Positions 48,103 to 56,610 of a stretch of DNA of 64,000 nucleotides are shown here, piece after piece. Source of the DNA: Burkholderiales bacterium (GTDB lineage Bacteria; Pseudomonadota; Gammaproteobacteria; Burkholderiales; SG8-39); assembly GCA_035499735.1 (NCBI GenBank), contig DATJYC010000043.1, positions 15,182-79,181 of the forward strand. The letters run 5' to 3'. The notes beneath the pieces are model-generated. The model searched no databases. It saw only the letters and a list, made by a program, of their open reading frames with translations, and was not told the origin of the DNA. The first letter of the stretch is position 1, and the number at the start of each line of letters is the position of its first letter. A program made the translations under genes and the position numbers.

Positions 48103-50304
48103 CTAATGGTAGCGCACGCCGATCCACGCGCCGAACGGGGCGCCTGGCGACAGGAACAGCTCGCTCGCCGCCGCGTTGGCGTCGAAAGTCCGGCCCGGCC
48201 CGTTGAAGAAGTTTCTGCCCAGGAGCCCCACGGTCTCGTACTGGGTGTTGAAGACGTTGTCGACCTCGGCAAACAGCTCCCACCCGCGCGCGAATCGCCA
48301 GTGCGCGTCGAGGTTGAACACCGTGTAGCCGGCGACCTTGCCGCGGCTGTCCTGATTGTTCTCGTTGCCGCGCGCAAGCTGGCTCCCCGCGGCGATCATG
48401 CCGGCGCCGAGGTCCACGGCGTCCGCTGCGCGCCAGGCGGCGCGCAGCTTGAAGACGTTCTGCGGGATGCCGGAAATGCGATCGCCCGGGCTCACCTCGA
48501 TGTCACCGTTCGCGTCGGCGGCGGCGTTGTTCGGGCTGTGCTCGGTGAAGCTGCTGCGGAAGCGCGCGTCGATGTACGCGTAGCTCGCGGACACGCTCAC
48601 GCGGCCCGCGGTTCCATTCGCTCCCAGCTCGACGCCGCGGCGGCGAGTGGTCCCGACATTCTGGAAGAAGCCCGTGTTCGGCGCGCCCGCCGAGGCGCTC
48701 ACGAACAGGATGTCGTCCGTGAGCGTCGTCTGGTAGGCGGTCGCGCGCCAGCTCGCGTTCGGCGAGATTCTGCCGCGCAGCCCCGCCTCGATCGTCCTGC
48801 CGATCACGGGCTTGAGCGGCGGGTCGGCGAGGAAAGCGTTCGGCAGGGCGCAGGGCGCCGAGGGGTTCGCGCAGGTCAGCTCGACCGGCGTCGGGATGCG
48901 CATGCCCTCGTTGTAGTTCGCGTAGGCGGTGAGCGAGTCGCTCGTCTTCCAGGTGGCGCCCGCTGCCGGGTTGAAGCGGCTGAAGCGGCTGTCGCCGTCG
49001 AGCGCGGGGTTGGTGCCGCTCGTGTCGCGGATCTGCACCAGCGCGCGGTTGTAGCGCCCCGCGACCGTGACGTCCACCTGCGGCGTCACCGAGAGGGTGT
49101 CGGTGACGTAGAGCGCCTGGTAGCTGTTGCTGACCCGCGCCTGCGTGACGGGGCTGAAACCGCCGGCAGGGATGTTCGAGCGGTCGTTCGCGAAATTCGC
49201 CTCCTGCCGGCTCTCGCTGAAATCGGTGCGGCCCGCGTCGATCCCGGCGCCGAGCGTCAGCCGATTCCTCATGGCTCCGGCGTCGCCGAGATAGCTGTAT
49301 TGCAGGCCGACGCCCCAGCTCGAGGTGGCGACGTCGTCCTGGATGTTCTGCCCCTGCGTATTGCCGGGCGCGATCGGCTGCACCGGATCGAAATCGTCGT
49401 TGACGTTCGTGCTGAACGTGCTGCTCTTGAGGCTGCGGCTGTAGGCGCCGGCCTCGAGCACCTGCTGCCCGGAAAAGTAGCGCCTGCCGACGAGGTTGAC
49501 GAACGAGAGGTCGTTCCTGAAGGTGTCGGGGAAGGTGTAGGCGATCGAGCGCCGCTCCTCCAGGAACGAGACCGGAACGCTTTGCGCGCCGTTCAGCACG
49601 TTGCTCGCACCGGTGTAGGAGAGGTCGAGGCTCGTGTCGCCGCTTCGGTAGCTGAGCTTCGCGAAACCCTGCCTGACCAGGCTCGCGCTCTGGTCGCGCC
49701 AGCCGGTCTCGTCGAAGAGGTTGCCGGCGATGAAATAGGCGGCGCGCTCACTGCCCCCTCCGTACTCGAGCTCCCCCGCGCGGCGGCCGAACGAGCCGCC
49801 GTACGCCTCGGCCGCTAGCCCCGGGTTGTCGAAGCCGCTCTTGGTCGTGAGCACGAGCGCGCCGCCCAGCGTGTTCAGGCCAAACACCGGGTTCGACCCC
49901 GGGATGAGCGCCATGCTGGAGATGGCGGCCTTCGGGATCAGGTCCCAGTTCACCGAGTCGCCGAACGGCTCGTTGACGCGCACGCCGTCCTGGAACACCG
50001 ACAGCCCCGGCTGGGTGCCGAGGAGCGGCGAGGCGGTGAAACCCCGGAAATTGACGTCGGGCTGGAACGGGTTTCCCTGAGCTGCGTTGACGGTAACGCT
50101 GTCCAGGCCGCGCTCCATGAAATCCGGCACCGTCAGCACGCCTGGATTGCGCAGCTCCGCGGCGCCGCCCGTCTGCACGTTGGCCGGAATGCTGTCGCGC
50201 GGCGCCCCGACGCCGGGCAGCGGCGTAGTCCCGATCACCTCGACCACGGGCTCGCCCTGGGCGAGCGCGGGCGCGCAGGCCGCGCAAGCGAGCACCCCCG
50301 TCAA
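48103..50304 (-). CDS. TonB-dependent receptor
   Basis: TonB-box-like EVIGT, plug (FRGF...DGVRVN...GLNTLGGAL), barrel strands and an NVFNT.Y motif. TTG start at 50304. Confidence 0.9.
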   Translation of the reverse strand: MTGVLACAACAPALAQGEPVVEVIGTTPLPGVGAPRDSIPANVQTGGAAELRNPGVLTVPDFMERGLDSVTVNAAQGNPFQPDVNFRGFTASPLLGTQPGLSVFQDGVRVNEPFGDSVNWDLIPKAAISSMALIPGSNPVFGLNTLGGALVLTTKSGFDNPGLAAEAYGGSFGRRAGELEYGGGSERAAYFIAGNLFDETGWRDQSASLVRQGFAKLSYRSGDTSLDLSYTGASNVLNGAQSVPVSFLEERRSIAYTFPDTFRNDLSFVNLVGRRYFSGQQVLEAGAYSRSLKSSTFSTNVNDDFDPVQPIAPGNTQGQNIQDDVATSSWGVGLQYSYLGDAGAMRNRLTLGAGIDAGRTDFSESRQEANFANDRSNIPAGGFSPVTQARVSNSYQALYVTDTLSVTPQVDVTVAGRYNRALVQIRDTSGTNPALDGDSRFSRFNPAAGATWKTSDSLTAYANYNEGMRIPTPVELTCANPSAPCALPNAFLADPPLKPVIGRTIEAGLRGRISPNASWRATAYQTTLTDDILFVSASAGAPNTGFFQNVGTTRRRGVELGANGTAGRVSVSASYAYIDARFRSSFTEHSPNNAAADANGDIEVSPGDRISGIPQNVFKLRAAWRAADAVDLGAGMIAAGSQLARGNENNQDSRGKVAGYTVFNLDAHWRFARGWELFAEVDNVFNTQYETVGLLGRNFFNGPGRTFDANAAASELFLSPGAPFGAWIGVRYH

Positions 50305-50308
50305 CCGT

Positions 50309-50890
50309 CTAGTCCAGGGTCGCAATGTAGTGCGCCAAGTCCTCGATGTCGGCTTCACTCAACGTCTGCGCGACGCTGGTCATGTTGCCGGCGTCGTTGG
50401 TGCGCGTGCGCGCCTTGAAGGCCTTGAGCTGCCCGATGACGTACTCGGGCCATTGCCCCGCGACGCGCGGGATCTCGTTCTGCCCCTTCATGCCGCCCAG
50501 GTGGCACATAGTGCACAGGACCTCGTCGGCCTTCTTCCTGCCGCGCGCCGCGCGCGTGGGATCCGCCTTGAACGCGATGGGCTTCGGCTTCTGCGCCGCG
50601 AAGTAGTCGGCGAGGTCGAGCATGTCCTCGCGCGAGAGCTTGGCGACGAAGGGCGCCATGAGGCCGTTCGTGCGCCTTCCCTCCTTGAAGTCCTTCAGCT
50701 CGAGGTAGATGTAGCGCGCGGTCTGCCCCGCGAGGATGGGATACTCGCCGCTCGCCGAGTTGCCCCCCGGCCCGTGGCAGGTTACGCAGGCGGCGGCCTT
50801 CTTCCCGCCCGCCTCGGGGTCGGCGTGCGCGGCGCCCGCGGCGAGAAATAAAAAGGCCGCCGTGAAGGCGGCCCGAAGGGCTTGCTTCAT
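50309..50890 (-). CDS. Diheme cytochrome c4
   Basis: CVTCH...YPILAGQ...M and CTMCH...PRVAGQ...M. Confidence 0.92.
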   Translation of the reverse strand: MKQALRAAFTAAFLFLAAGAAHADPEAGGKKAAACVTCHGPGGNSASGEYPILAGQTARYIYLELKDFKEGRRTNGLMAPFVAKLSREDMLDLADYFAAQKPKPIAFKADPTRAARGRKKADEVLCTMCHLGGMKGQNEIPRVAGQWPEYVIGQLKAFKARTRTNDAGNMTSVAQTLSEADIEDLAHYIATLD

Positions 50891-52621
50891 TCAGGGAAGC
50901 GAGAACACGAGCACGCTGTTGCCGCGCTTGAAGTCGATCTGGGTGTTGCCGCCCGCCGCGACGGCGACGTACTGCTTGCCGCCGACCGAGTAGGACACGG
51001 GCGGGGCGTTCACGCCGGCGCCCGCCTGGTATTGCCACAGCAGCTGTCCCGACTTGGCGTCGAGGGCCTTGAACCAGCCGTTGCCCTCGCCGAAGAACAC
51101 GAGGCCGCCCGCAGTGGCGAGCGCGCCGCCGATGAGCGGCTGCTCGGTGTCGTACTTCCAGGCGACCTTGCCGGTGTCGATGTTCACCGCCGACAGGCGC
51201 CCCCACTGCTTCTCGCTCGCGATGGTCTTGAACGCGCCGCCCAGCCACAGCTTGCTGCCGCCGGGATAGTTCGCGGCCTCGACGTGGTAGGTCATGGGCT
51301 GGTGCAGGTTGAGCGCGTACGCGAGGCGCGTGCCCGGGTTGATCGCCATGGGCGACCACTCGACGCCGCCGTTCGCGCCGGGCAGCATGCGCGCACCCTG
51401 GGGCGTCGGTAGCACCCACATGTTCTCCTGCGGGATCATCGCCTCGGAGAAGCGGATGAGCTTGCCGGTGGCGCGCTCGTGCACGTAGACGTGGCCGGTC
51501 TTGCCGCCGTGGATGACGACGTCGACTTGCTTGCCGTTCTTGTCCGCGGCGTGGGTGAGGATGGGCGGGCTGACCGCGTCGAGGTCCCAGACGTCGTGGG
51601 CGATGTACTGGTAGTGCCACTTGATTTTCCCACTGCCGAGGTCGACCGCGACCATCGAGTCGGTGTACAGGTTGTCGCCGGGGCGCTCCGTGCCGTACAG
51701 GTCGGGCGACGGGTTGCCGACGACGAAGAACACGGTCTTCGTCTTGCGGTCGACCGCGGGAGTCATCCACACGCCGCCGCCGAGGGTCTGGTAGAAGCCG
51801 CCGCCCTTCGCGGCGAGCTCCTTCTTCTCCGCGGCGATGTCGCGGTGCATGTTGCGCCCGGTGGCGTCGTTCTCGGCCCACACACCTTCCTGGCCCTTGT
51901 CGGGGATGGTGTGGAAGGTCCACAGCAGCTTGCCGCTCTTCGCGTCGAACGCCTTGAGGAAGCCGCGGATGCCGTACTCGCCGCCGTTCGTTCCGATCAG
52001 CACCTTACCGTCGACCGCGGTCGGCGCCATGGTCTCGGAGTAGCCTTTCTCGGGATCGGCGATCTGGACTTCCCATTTCACCGCGCCGGTCTTGGCGTCG
52101 AGCGCGACGAGCTTGGCGTCGAGCGTGCCCATGTAGACCATGCCGTCGTACGCCGCCACGCCGCGGTTGTTCGGGCCGCAGCAGAAAGTCGTCACGGGTC
52201 CCATTTTGTGCTTGTAGTGCCAGAACTCGGTCCCGGTCGCCGCGTCGATCGCGTAGACGTGGTTGAACGAGGTGGTGAGGAACATGACGCCGTTCACCAC
52301 CAGCGGCGAGGTTTCCATCGACTCGAGCACCGCGGTCTGGAAGACGAACGCGGGCCGCAGCCCTTTCACATTGTTTGCGTTGATCTGCGAGCCAGGGTAG
52401 TAGCGGGTCTGCTCGTAGTTGCCGTTCGGGTGGAGGACGTTCTTGTCGTCCTTGGCCGCGCCGTCGAGCATCGCCTGGGTAACCGGGACGAGCGAGGCGG
52501 ACATCTTGGCGCCCGAAGTGGTGGGACCGCCCTTCACTTCCTGGGCCTGGGCGACCAGCACCGGGGTGCAGAGTGCAGCGAAAACGATCAAACGGAGATG
52601 ACTGCGGAGCGAGGTGCGCAT
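50891..52621 (-). CDS. PQQ-dependent dehydrogenase 2
   Basis: Signal peptide, [28 protein letters not shown] and HDVWDLD. Confidence 0.92.
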   Translation of the reverse strand: MRTSLRSHLRLIVFAALCTPVLVAQAQEVKGGPTTSGAKMSASLVPVTQAMLDGAAKDDKNVLHPNGNYEQTRYYPGSQINANNVKGLRPAFVFQTAVLESMETSPLVVNGVMFLTTSFNHVYAIDAATGTEFWHYKHKMGPVTTFCCGPNNRGVAAYDGMVYMGTLDAKLVALDAKTGAVKWEVQIADPEKGYSETMAPTAVDGKVLIGTNGGEYGIRGFLKAFDAKSGKLLWTFHTIPDKGQEGVWAENDATGRNMHRDIAAEKKELAAKGGGFYQTLGGGVWMTPAVDRKTKTVFFVVGNPSPDLYGTERPGDNLYTDSMVAVDLGSGKIKWHYQYIAHDVWDLDAVSPPILTHAADKNGKQVDVVIHGGKTGHVYVHERATGKLIRFSEAMIPQENMWVLPTPQGARMLPGANGGVEWSPMAINPGTRLAYALNLHQPMTYHVEAANYPGGSKLWLGGAFKTIASEKQWGRLSAVNIDTGKVAWKYDTEQPLIGGALATAGGLVFFGEGNGWFKALDAKSGQLLWQYQAGAGVNAPPVSYSVGGKQYVAVAAGGNTQIDFKRGNSVLVFSLP

Positions 52622-52720
52622 GAGTCCCCCTTGCGAGTTGTTTGACGTTCTTGTTGTGCTACGACGCCGGATGCCGTTGGCATGACGGGCGGTACGTGGC
52701 TACTATAGTTCAGCCCACTT

Positions 52721-53386
52721 ATGGGATTCAAGATGAGATTGGCTCAGGCAATTGCTACGGCATCGATGCTGCTCGCAGCCTTTTCGGCAGGGGCCCAGGA
52801 GCTTTCGCCCAACGCCCAGCTCCTTGCTGCGGCGCGGCAAGGGGACCTCGCCGGCGTCACGCGGCTGCTCGACGCGGGCGCGGCGGTGAACTCGCGCAAC
52901 CGCATCGGCGACACGACGCTGATGATCGCATTGAAGAACAACCACAAGGCCGTGGCTCAGCTCGCGGTCGCCCGGGGGGCGGACGTGAACCTCGCCAACG
53001 TCTCCAGGGTGACCCCGCTCATGGCGGCGAGCTTCTCCGGGAGCGCCGACCTGACGAGGCTGCTCCTGGAGAAGGGCGCCGACCGCGCGCCCGAGGACCG
53101 CGTGGGAAAGACCGCCATGGTCTACGCGGCGGGGCTGGGCCACACCGAGGTCGTGGCGCTGCTCCTCGACCGGGGCGAGAGCCCGCGCGCCGCCTACCGC
53201 AACGACCTTACCGCGCTCATGTGGGCGGCCGGGAACGGGCACACGGAGACCGTTAAGCTGCTCCTTGCACGCGGGGCGGACTTGAAAGCGCGCGACAACC
53301 GCGGCAAGACGGCGCTCGCGATGGCCGTGGAAGGCGGCCACAAGGAGGCGGAGGAGCTCCTCCGCCAGGCGGGAGCCAAGGACTAG
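52721..53386 (+). CDS. Secreted ankyrin-repeat protein
   Basis: Signal peptide then about five ankyrin repeats (GDTTL, VTPLMAA, KTAMVYAA, LTALMWAA, GKTAL). Start may be ATG 52733. Confidence 0.88.
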   Translation: MGFKMRLAQAIATASMLLAAFSAGAQELSPNAQLLAAARQGDLAGVTRLLDAGAAVNSRNRIGDTTLMIALKNNHKAVAQLAVARGADVNLANVSRVTPLMAASFSGSADLTRLLLEKGADRAPEDRVGKTAMVYAAGLGHTEVVALLLDRGESPRAAYRNDLTALMWAAGNGHTETVKLLLARGADLKARDNRGKTALAMAVEGGHKEAEELLRQAGAKD

Positions 53387-53418
53387 AAATGAAAAGGCCC
53401 GGAGGAGATCTCCGGGCC
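53387..53418 (-). terminator. Intrinsic terminator after peptide paralog 2
   Basis: GGCCCGGAG-gagat-CTCCGGGCC stem followed by TTTTCATTT on the minus strand. Confidence 0.72.
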
Positions 53419-53450
53419 CTGCTCCGGCCGGGGGTTGGCCGGAAGCGAAA

Positions 53451-53711
53451 TCAGTTGTACATCATCGGCGCGGCGTCTTCGTAGCTGGCCGCTTCCTGCT
53501 TCGGGAAGGTCTTCGCCAGGCCGACGTCGCTGTACTCGTAGACCTGGGGCACGATGTCCTTCGCCTGGTTGACGATCTGCTCGGGCAGGTACTCGGTCGA
53601 GGCGCTGAAGGAGGCGTTGCTCGCGGAAACCGGCGCGAAGGCCAGGAGGGCGAGGATGCCGCAGAGCGCGACCGCGGCGGTGATGGGGGCCACGTTGCTG
53701 ATGTTCTTCAT
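53451..53711 (-). CDS. 86-aa secreted peptide, paralog 2
   Basis: GAGGAGA RBS, signal peptide, EYLPEQIVNQAKDIVP core and a second degenerate core ending APMMYN. Confidence 0.78.
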   Translation of the reverse strand: MKNISNVAPITAAVALCGILALLAFAPVSASNASFSASTEYLPEQIVNQAKDIVPQVYEYSDVGLAKTFPKQEAASYEDAAPMMYN

Positions 53712-53830
53712 TGTGTTTCTCCTCTCGCTTTCAGGCTCGCGGAAATCGCTCGCCCAACGGTTTCCACTTTAGGCCTCCGCTCTCCCGGATTCGCCGTCGC
53801 GCGACGCAGGAATTCTGTGACGTACGCACA
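53712..53830 (-). promoter_or_regulatory. Promoter/leader of peptide paralog 2
   Basis: -10 TAAAGT (53766-53771), leader hairpin 53733-53755 and TGTGA-N5-GCACA (53816-53830). Confidence 0.55.
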
Positions 53831-53863
53831 TTTCCCCGCCGGAACCGGCTAGACTCGGCACAA

Positions 53864-54826
53864 ATGCGCGCGCCGCGACCCTTCCTGGCCGTCCTGGCGC
53901 TCGCGGCCGGAGCCGCCTTCGGCCAGGGCTACCCCTCGAAGCCCGTCCACCTCGTCGTTCCCTTCCCGCCCTCGGGAGGCAACGACGTGTTCGCGCGCAT
54001 CGTGGCGCAGCAGCTTGCGGAGGCCTGGCGCCAGCAGGTGCTGGTCGAGAACCGCCCCGGCGCGGGCGGAAGCGTCGGCACCGAGTACGTCGCGAAGAGC
54101 CAGCCGGACGGCTACACCCTGCTCCTCGGCCACACGGGCACCCTCGCCATCAACCCGTCGCTGTACAAGAACATCGGCTACGACACCCTGCGCGACCTCG
54201 CGCCGATCGCCCTCCTCGCCTCGGCGCCGCTCGTGCTCGTCGTGAGTCCCAGCACCGGCATCCACAGCGTCCGCGACCTCATCAAGGAAGCAAAGGCCGA
54301 CCCGGAAGAACTCACAATAGCCTCGGCGGGCAACGGCACCGGCTCGCACCTCACCGCCGAGCTGCTCCAGAACATGGCCAACATCAAGCTCACCCACGTG
54401 CCCTACAAAGGCAGCTCGCCCGCCGTCACCGACCTCCTAGGCGGGCAAGTCCAGATGATGTTCAGCGTCATCCCGCCCGTCCTGCCGCAGATCAATGCCG
54501 GCAAGCTGCGACCCGTCGCCGTGACGAGCGCGAGCCGCATCCCGCAGCTCCAGCGCGTCCCGACCGTCGCGGAGTCAGGGCTGCCCGGCTTCGAATCAAC
54601 CCTCGCCTATGGCATCCTCGCGCCGAAAGGAACCCCGGCGAGCATCGTCAACGAAATCCACGCCCAGATCGCGCGCATCACCGCCATGCGCGACTACGGC
54701 GTGCGCGTCGGCGTAGAAGGCGCGCTCGTGCTGGAAGGAACGCCGGCGGAGTTTGCGGCGTTGATCAAACAGCAGAGGGAGAAGTGGGGGAAGTTGATTC
54801 GGGCAGCCGCGCTGAAGCCCGAGTAA
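53864..54826 (+). CDS. Bug/TctC substrate-binding protein
   Basis: YPSKPVHLVVPFPPSGGND, ENRPGAGG, PDGYT and HVPYKG. Confidence 0.92.
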   Translation: MRAPRPFLAVLALAAGAAFGQGYPSKPVHLVVPFPPSGGNDVFARIVAQQLAEAWRQQVLVENRPGAGGSVGTEYVAKSQPDGYTLLLGHTGTLAINPSLYKNIGYDTLRDLAPIALLASAPLVLVVSPSTGIHSVRDLIKEAKADPEELTIASAGNGTGSHLTAELLQNMANIKLTHVPYKGSSPAVTDLLGGQVQMMFSVIPPVLPQINAGKLRPVAVTSASRIPQLQRVPTVAESGLPGFESTLAYGILAPKGTPASIVNEIHAQIARITAMRDYGVRVGVEGALVLEGTPAEFAALIKQQREKWGKLIRAAALKPE

Positions 54827-54869
54827 CGTGCTCGGCGTAGACTTTCTATCTTCGGGAGGGCAATCGACA

Positions 54870-55634
54870 ATGGGAGCATTGCAGCGACTCTGCATTGTCC
54901 CGGCAGCCTGGCTCGCGCTCGCCGCCGCGAGCGCGCTCGCCGATGAAGCGCCGCCGGCCGGTGCCGCCTCGCTCCAGCTGTCTTTCGCGAGCCCCGTCCA
55001 GCTTGTCCCGGAATCGAGGGACGTCTCGGGGCTGAGGCTCACCCTGTTCTACGGGAAGAACGCCGGCGTTTCCGGCCTCGATATCGCCGCTCTCGGTTTC
55101 TCCCAGGCCAGGACCTTTGACGGCGCCCAGCTGTCTTTCTTCGGAAATGCAGTCGAGGGCAAGACGACGGGGCTGCAAGCCGGCCTCTTTGCGAACGCAA
55201 CAGGGCAGCTCTCCGGCATGCAGGTCGGCGGCATCCTCGCCAATTTCGCCCGCGAGGGCGGACGCGGCGTGCAGCTCGGAGTCTCCAACTTCTCGGGCGG
55301 CAAGTTCAGCGGCGTCCAGATCGGATTGATAGGAAGCGCCTTCCGCACCGACTGGACGACCCTGGACTTCGCCGGCGTGCAGATCGGCGTGCTCAATCTC
55401 GTGAACGGCGACGTCTCCGGCGTCCAGATCGGCGCATTGAACGGGCAGGGCATCAAAGAGGGGAAGCTCAGCGGCGTTCAAATCGGTGCGGTGAATTTCG
55501 CAGGCGAGTGCAAGGGCCTTCAGATCGGCGTCTTCAACAGCTGCAGGGACATGCGCGGGGTGCAGATCGGCCTGCTCAACCACATCGCGCAGGGAGCCAT
55601 ACCGTGGCTCCCGATCGTCAACGCCAAGTTCTAG
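54870..55634 (+). CDS. LA_2272-type surface repeat (beta-solenoid) protein
   Basis: Signal peptide and repeated (S/T)G(L/V)Q(I/L)G..N units; ends PIVNAKF. Confidence 0.78.
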   Translation: MGALQRLCIVPAAWLALAAASALADEAPPAGAASLQLSFASPVQLVPESRDVSGLRLTLFYGKNAGVSGLDIAALGFSQARTFDGAQLSFFGNAVEGKTTGLQAGLFANATGQLSGMQVGGILANFAREGGRGVQLGVSNFSGGKFSGVQIGLIGSAFRTDWTTLDFAGVQIGVLNLVNGDVSGVQIGALNGQGIKEGKLSGVQIGAVNFAGECKGLQIGVFNSCRDMRGVQIGLLNHIAQGAIPWLPIVNAKF

Positions 55635-56185
55635 CGCTTGTAGGTTCCGACCAGCTCCGCCCGCGCGATCACGTGCCCCTGCATCGCGCGCTCGAGCGCG
55701 GCCTTGTCCGGGCGGCTCAGTCCCTGGAGCACGGTGTCGAGCGCATACAGCTTGTGGAAGTAGCGGTGCCGCCCGACCGGCGGGCACGGACCGCCGTAGC
55801 CGGTGCGCTGCCAGTCGTTGACCCCCTCCGCGGTTCCGGCCGGAAGCGCCTTAACGCCTTCGGCGAGGCCCGCAGCGGACGTCGGAATGTTGTACAGCAC
55901 CCAGTGCACCCAGGTCATCTCGGGCGCCGCGGGATCCGGCGCGTCCGGATCGTCGACGATGAGCGCGAGGCTCTTCGCCTGCGCGGGAACGTCCGACCAG
56001 GATAGCGGCGGCGAGGCATCGCCGCCGTCGCAGGTATGCTTCTTCGGGATGGCCCCGTTATGGGGAAAGGCGCCCGAGGAGAGATTCATCGCTCCGCTCC
56101 TTCCAGAGAGTGCCTGCCCCGCCGCAGTTCCAAACGAGAACGCCACCGTGACGAGAACCGATCGTAGGACCAGGGAGGAAATCAT
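55631..56185 (-). CDS. YbhB/YbcL (PEBP/RKIP-like) protein
   Basis: SPPLSW, DDPDAP, WVHWVLYN, GYGGPCPP and HRYFHKLYALD. Start is 56185 (with leader) or 56089. Confidence 0.9.
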   Translation of the reverse strand: MISSLVLRSVLVTVAFSFGTAAGQALSGRSGAMNLSSGAFPHNGAIPKKHTCDGGDASPPLSWSDVPAQAKSLALIVDDPDAPDPAAPEMTWVHWVLYNIPTSAAGLAEGVKALPAGTAEGVNDWQRTGYGGPCPPVGRHRYFHKLYALDTVLQGLSRPDKAALERAMQGHVIARAELVGTYKR

Positions 56186-56265
56186 CGCCAGCTCATTGCG
56201 GCCGCGGCATGGAACGATAACACGGCCGCAATGGCCGGGCTCTGTGCACCCTGGCCTCCAGGGGG

Positions 56266-56499
56266 CTAGTGGCGGACTCGGCCGCCTGCGGCGCGCCGGA
56301 CCTTGCCGTGGGTCGACGAGCGGAGCGGCTTGTTCGGCCGCTTCTGGCGGTGCAGATAGCTCACGACCTTGGGGGCGAGAGTCGTGCTCTCCGACGCTTC
56401 GCCGCGGCGCGCGAACCCTCCGAACAGGTAGGCGACGACGAGCCCGACTAGCGTCCACGCGAGCAGCACGGCTATCCACAGGATCCAGCTCGATTCCAT
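56266..56499 (-). CDS. Small single-TM membrane protein
   Basis: Hydrophobic N-terminal helix followed by a basic tail, 77 aa. Confidence 0.55.
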   Translation of the reverse strand: MESSWILWIAVLLAWTLVGLVVAYLFGGFARRGEASESTTLAPKVVSYLHRQKRPNKPLRSSTHGKVRRAAGGRVRH

Positions 56500-56610
56500 C
56501 TGTTCACCCTACACCGATTTCAGCGCGCAGCCTATGCGCCGAACACCGGACGCGCTCTTATTTCTCGCTCAGCGTAGCAAGTGCGCGCTTACCTGTACAA
56601 ATTCGTCGCC

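Noticed and set aside
43491-53711. E-x-x-x-Y in both peptides (EPVMY, EAASY), suggesting PqqA-like precursors beside PQQ enzymes
   Set aside because: The motif is short and not at equivalent positions. The peptides have export signals whereas PQQ synthesis is cytoplasmic, and no pqqB-E genes are nearby. It remains only a long shot.
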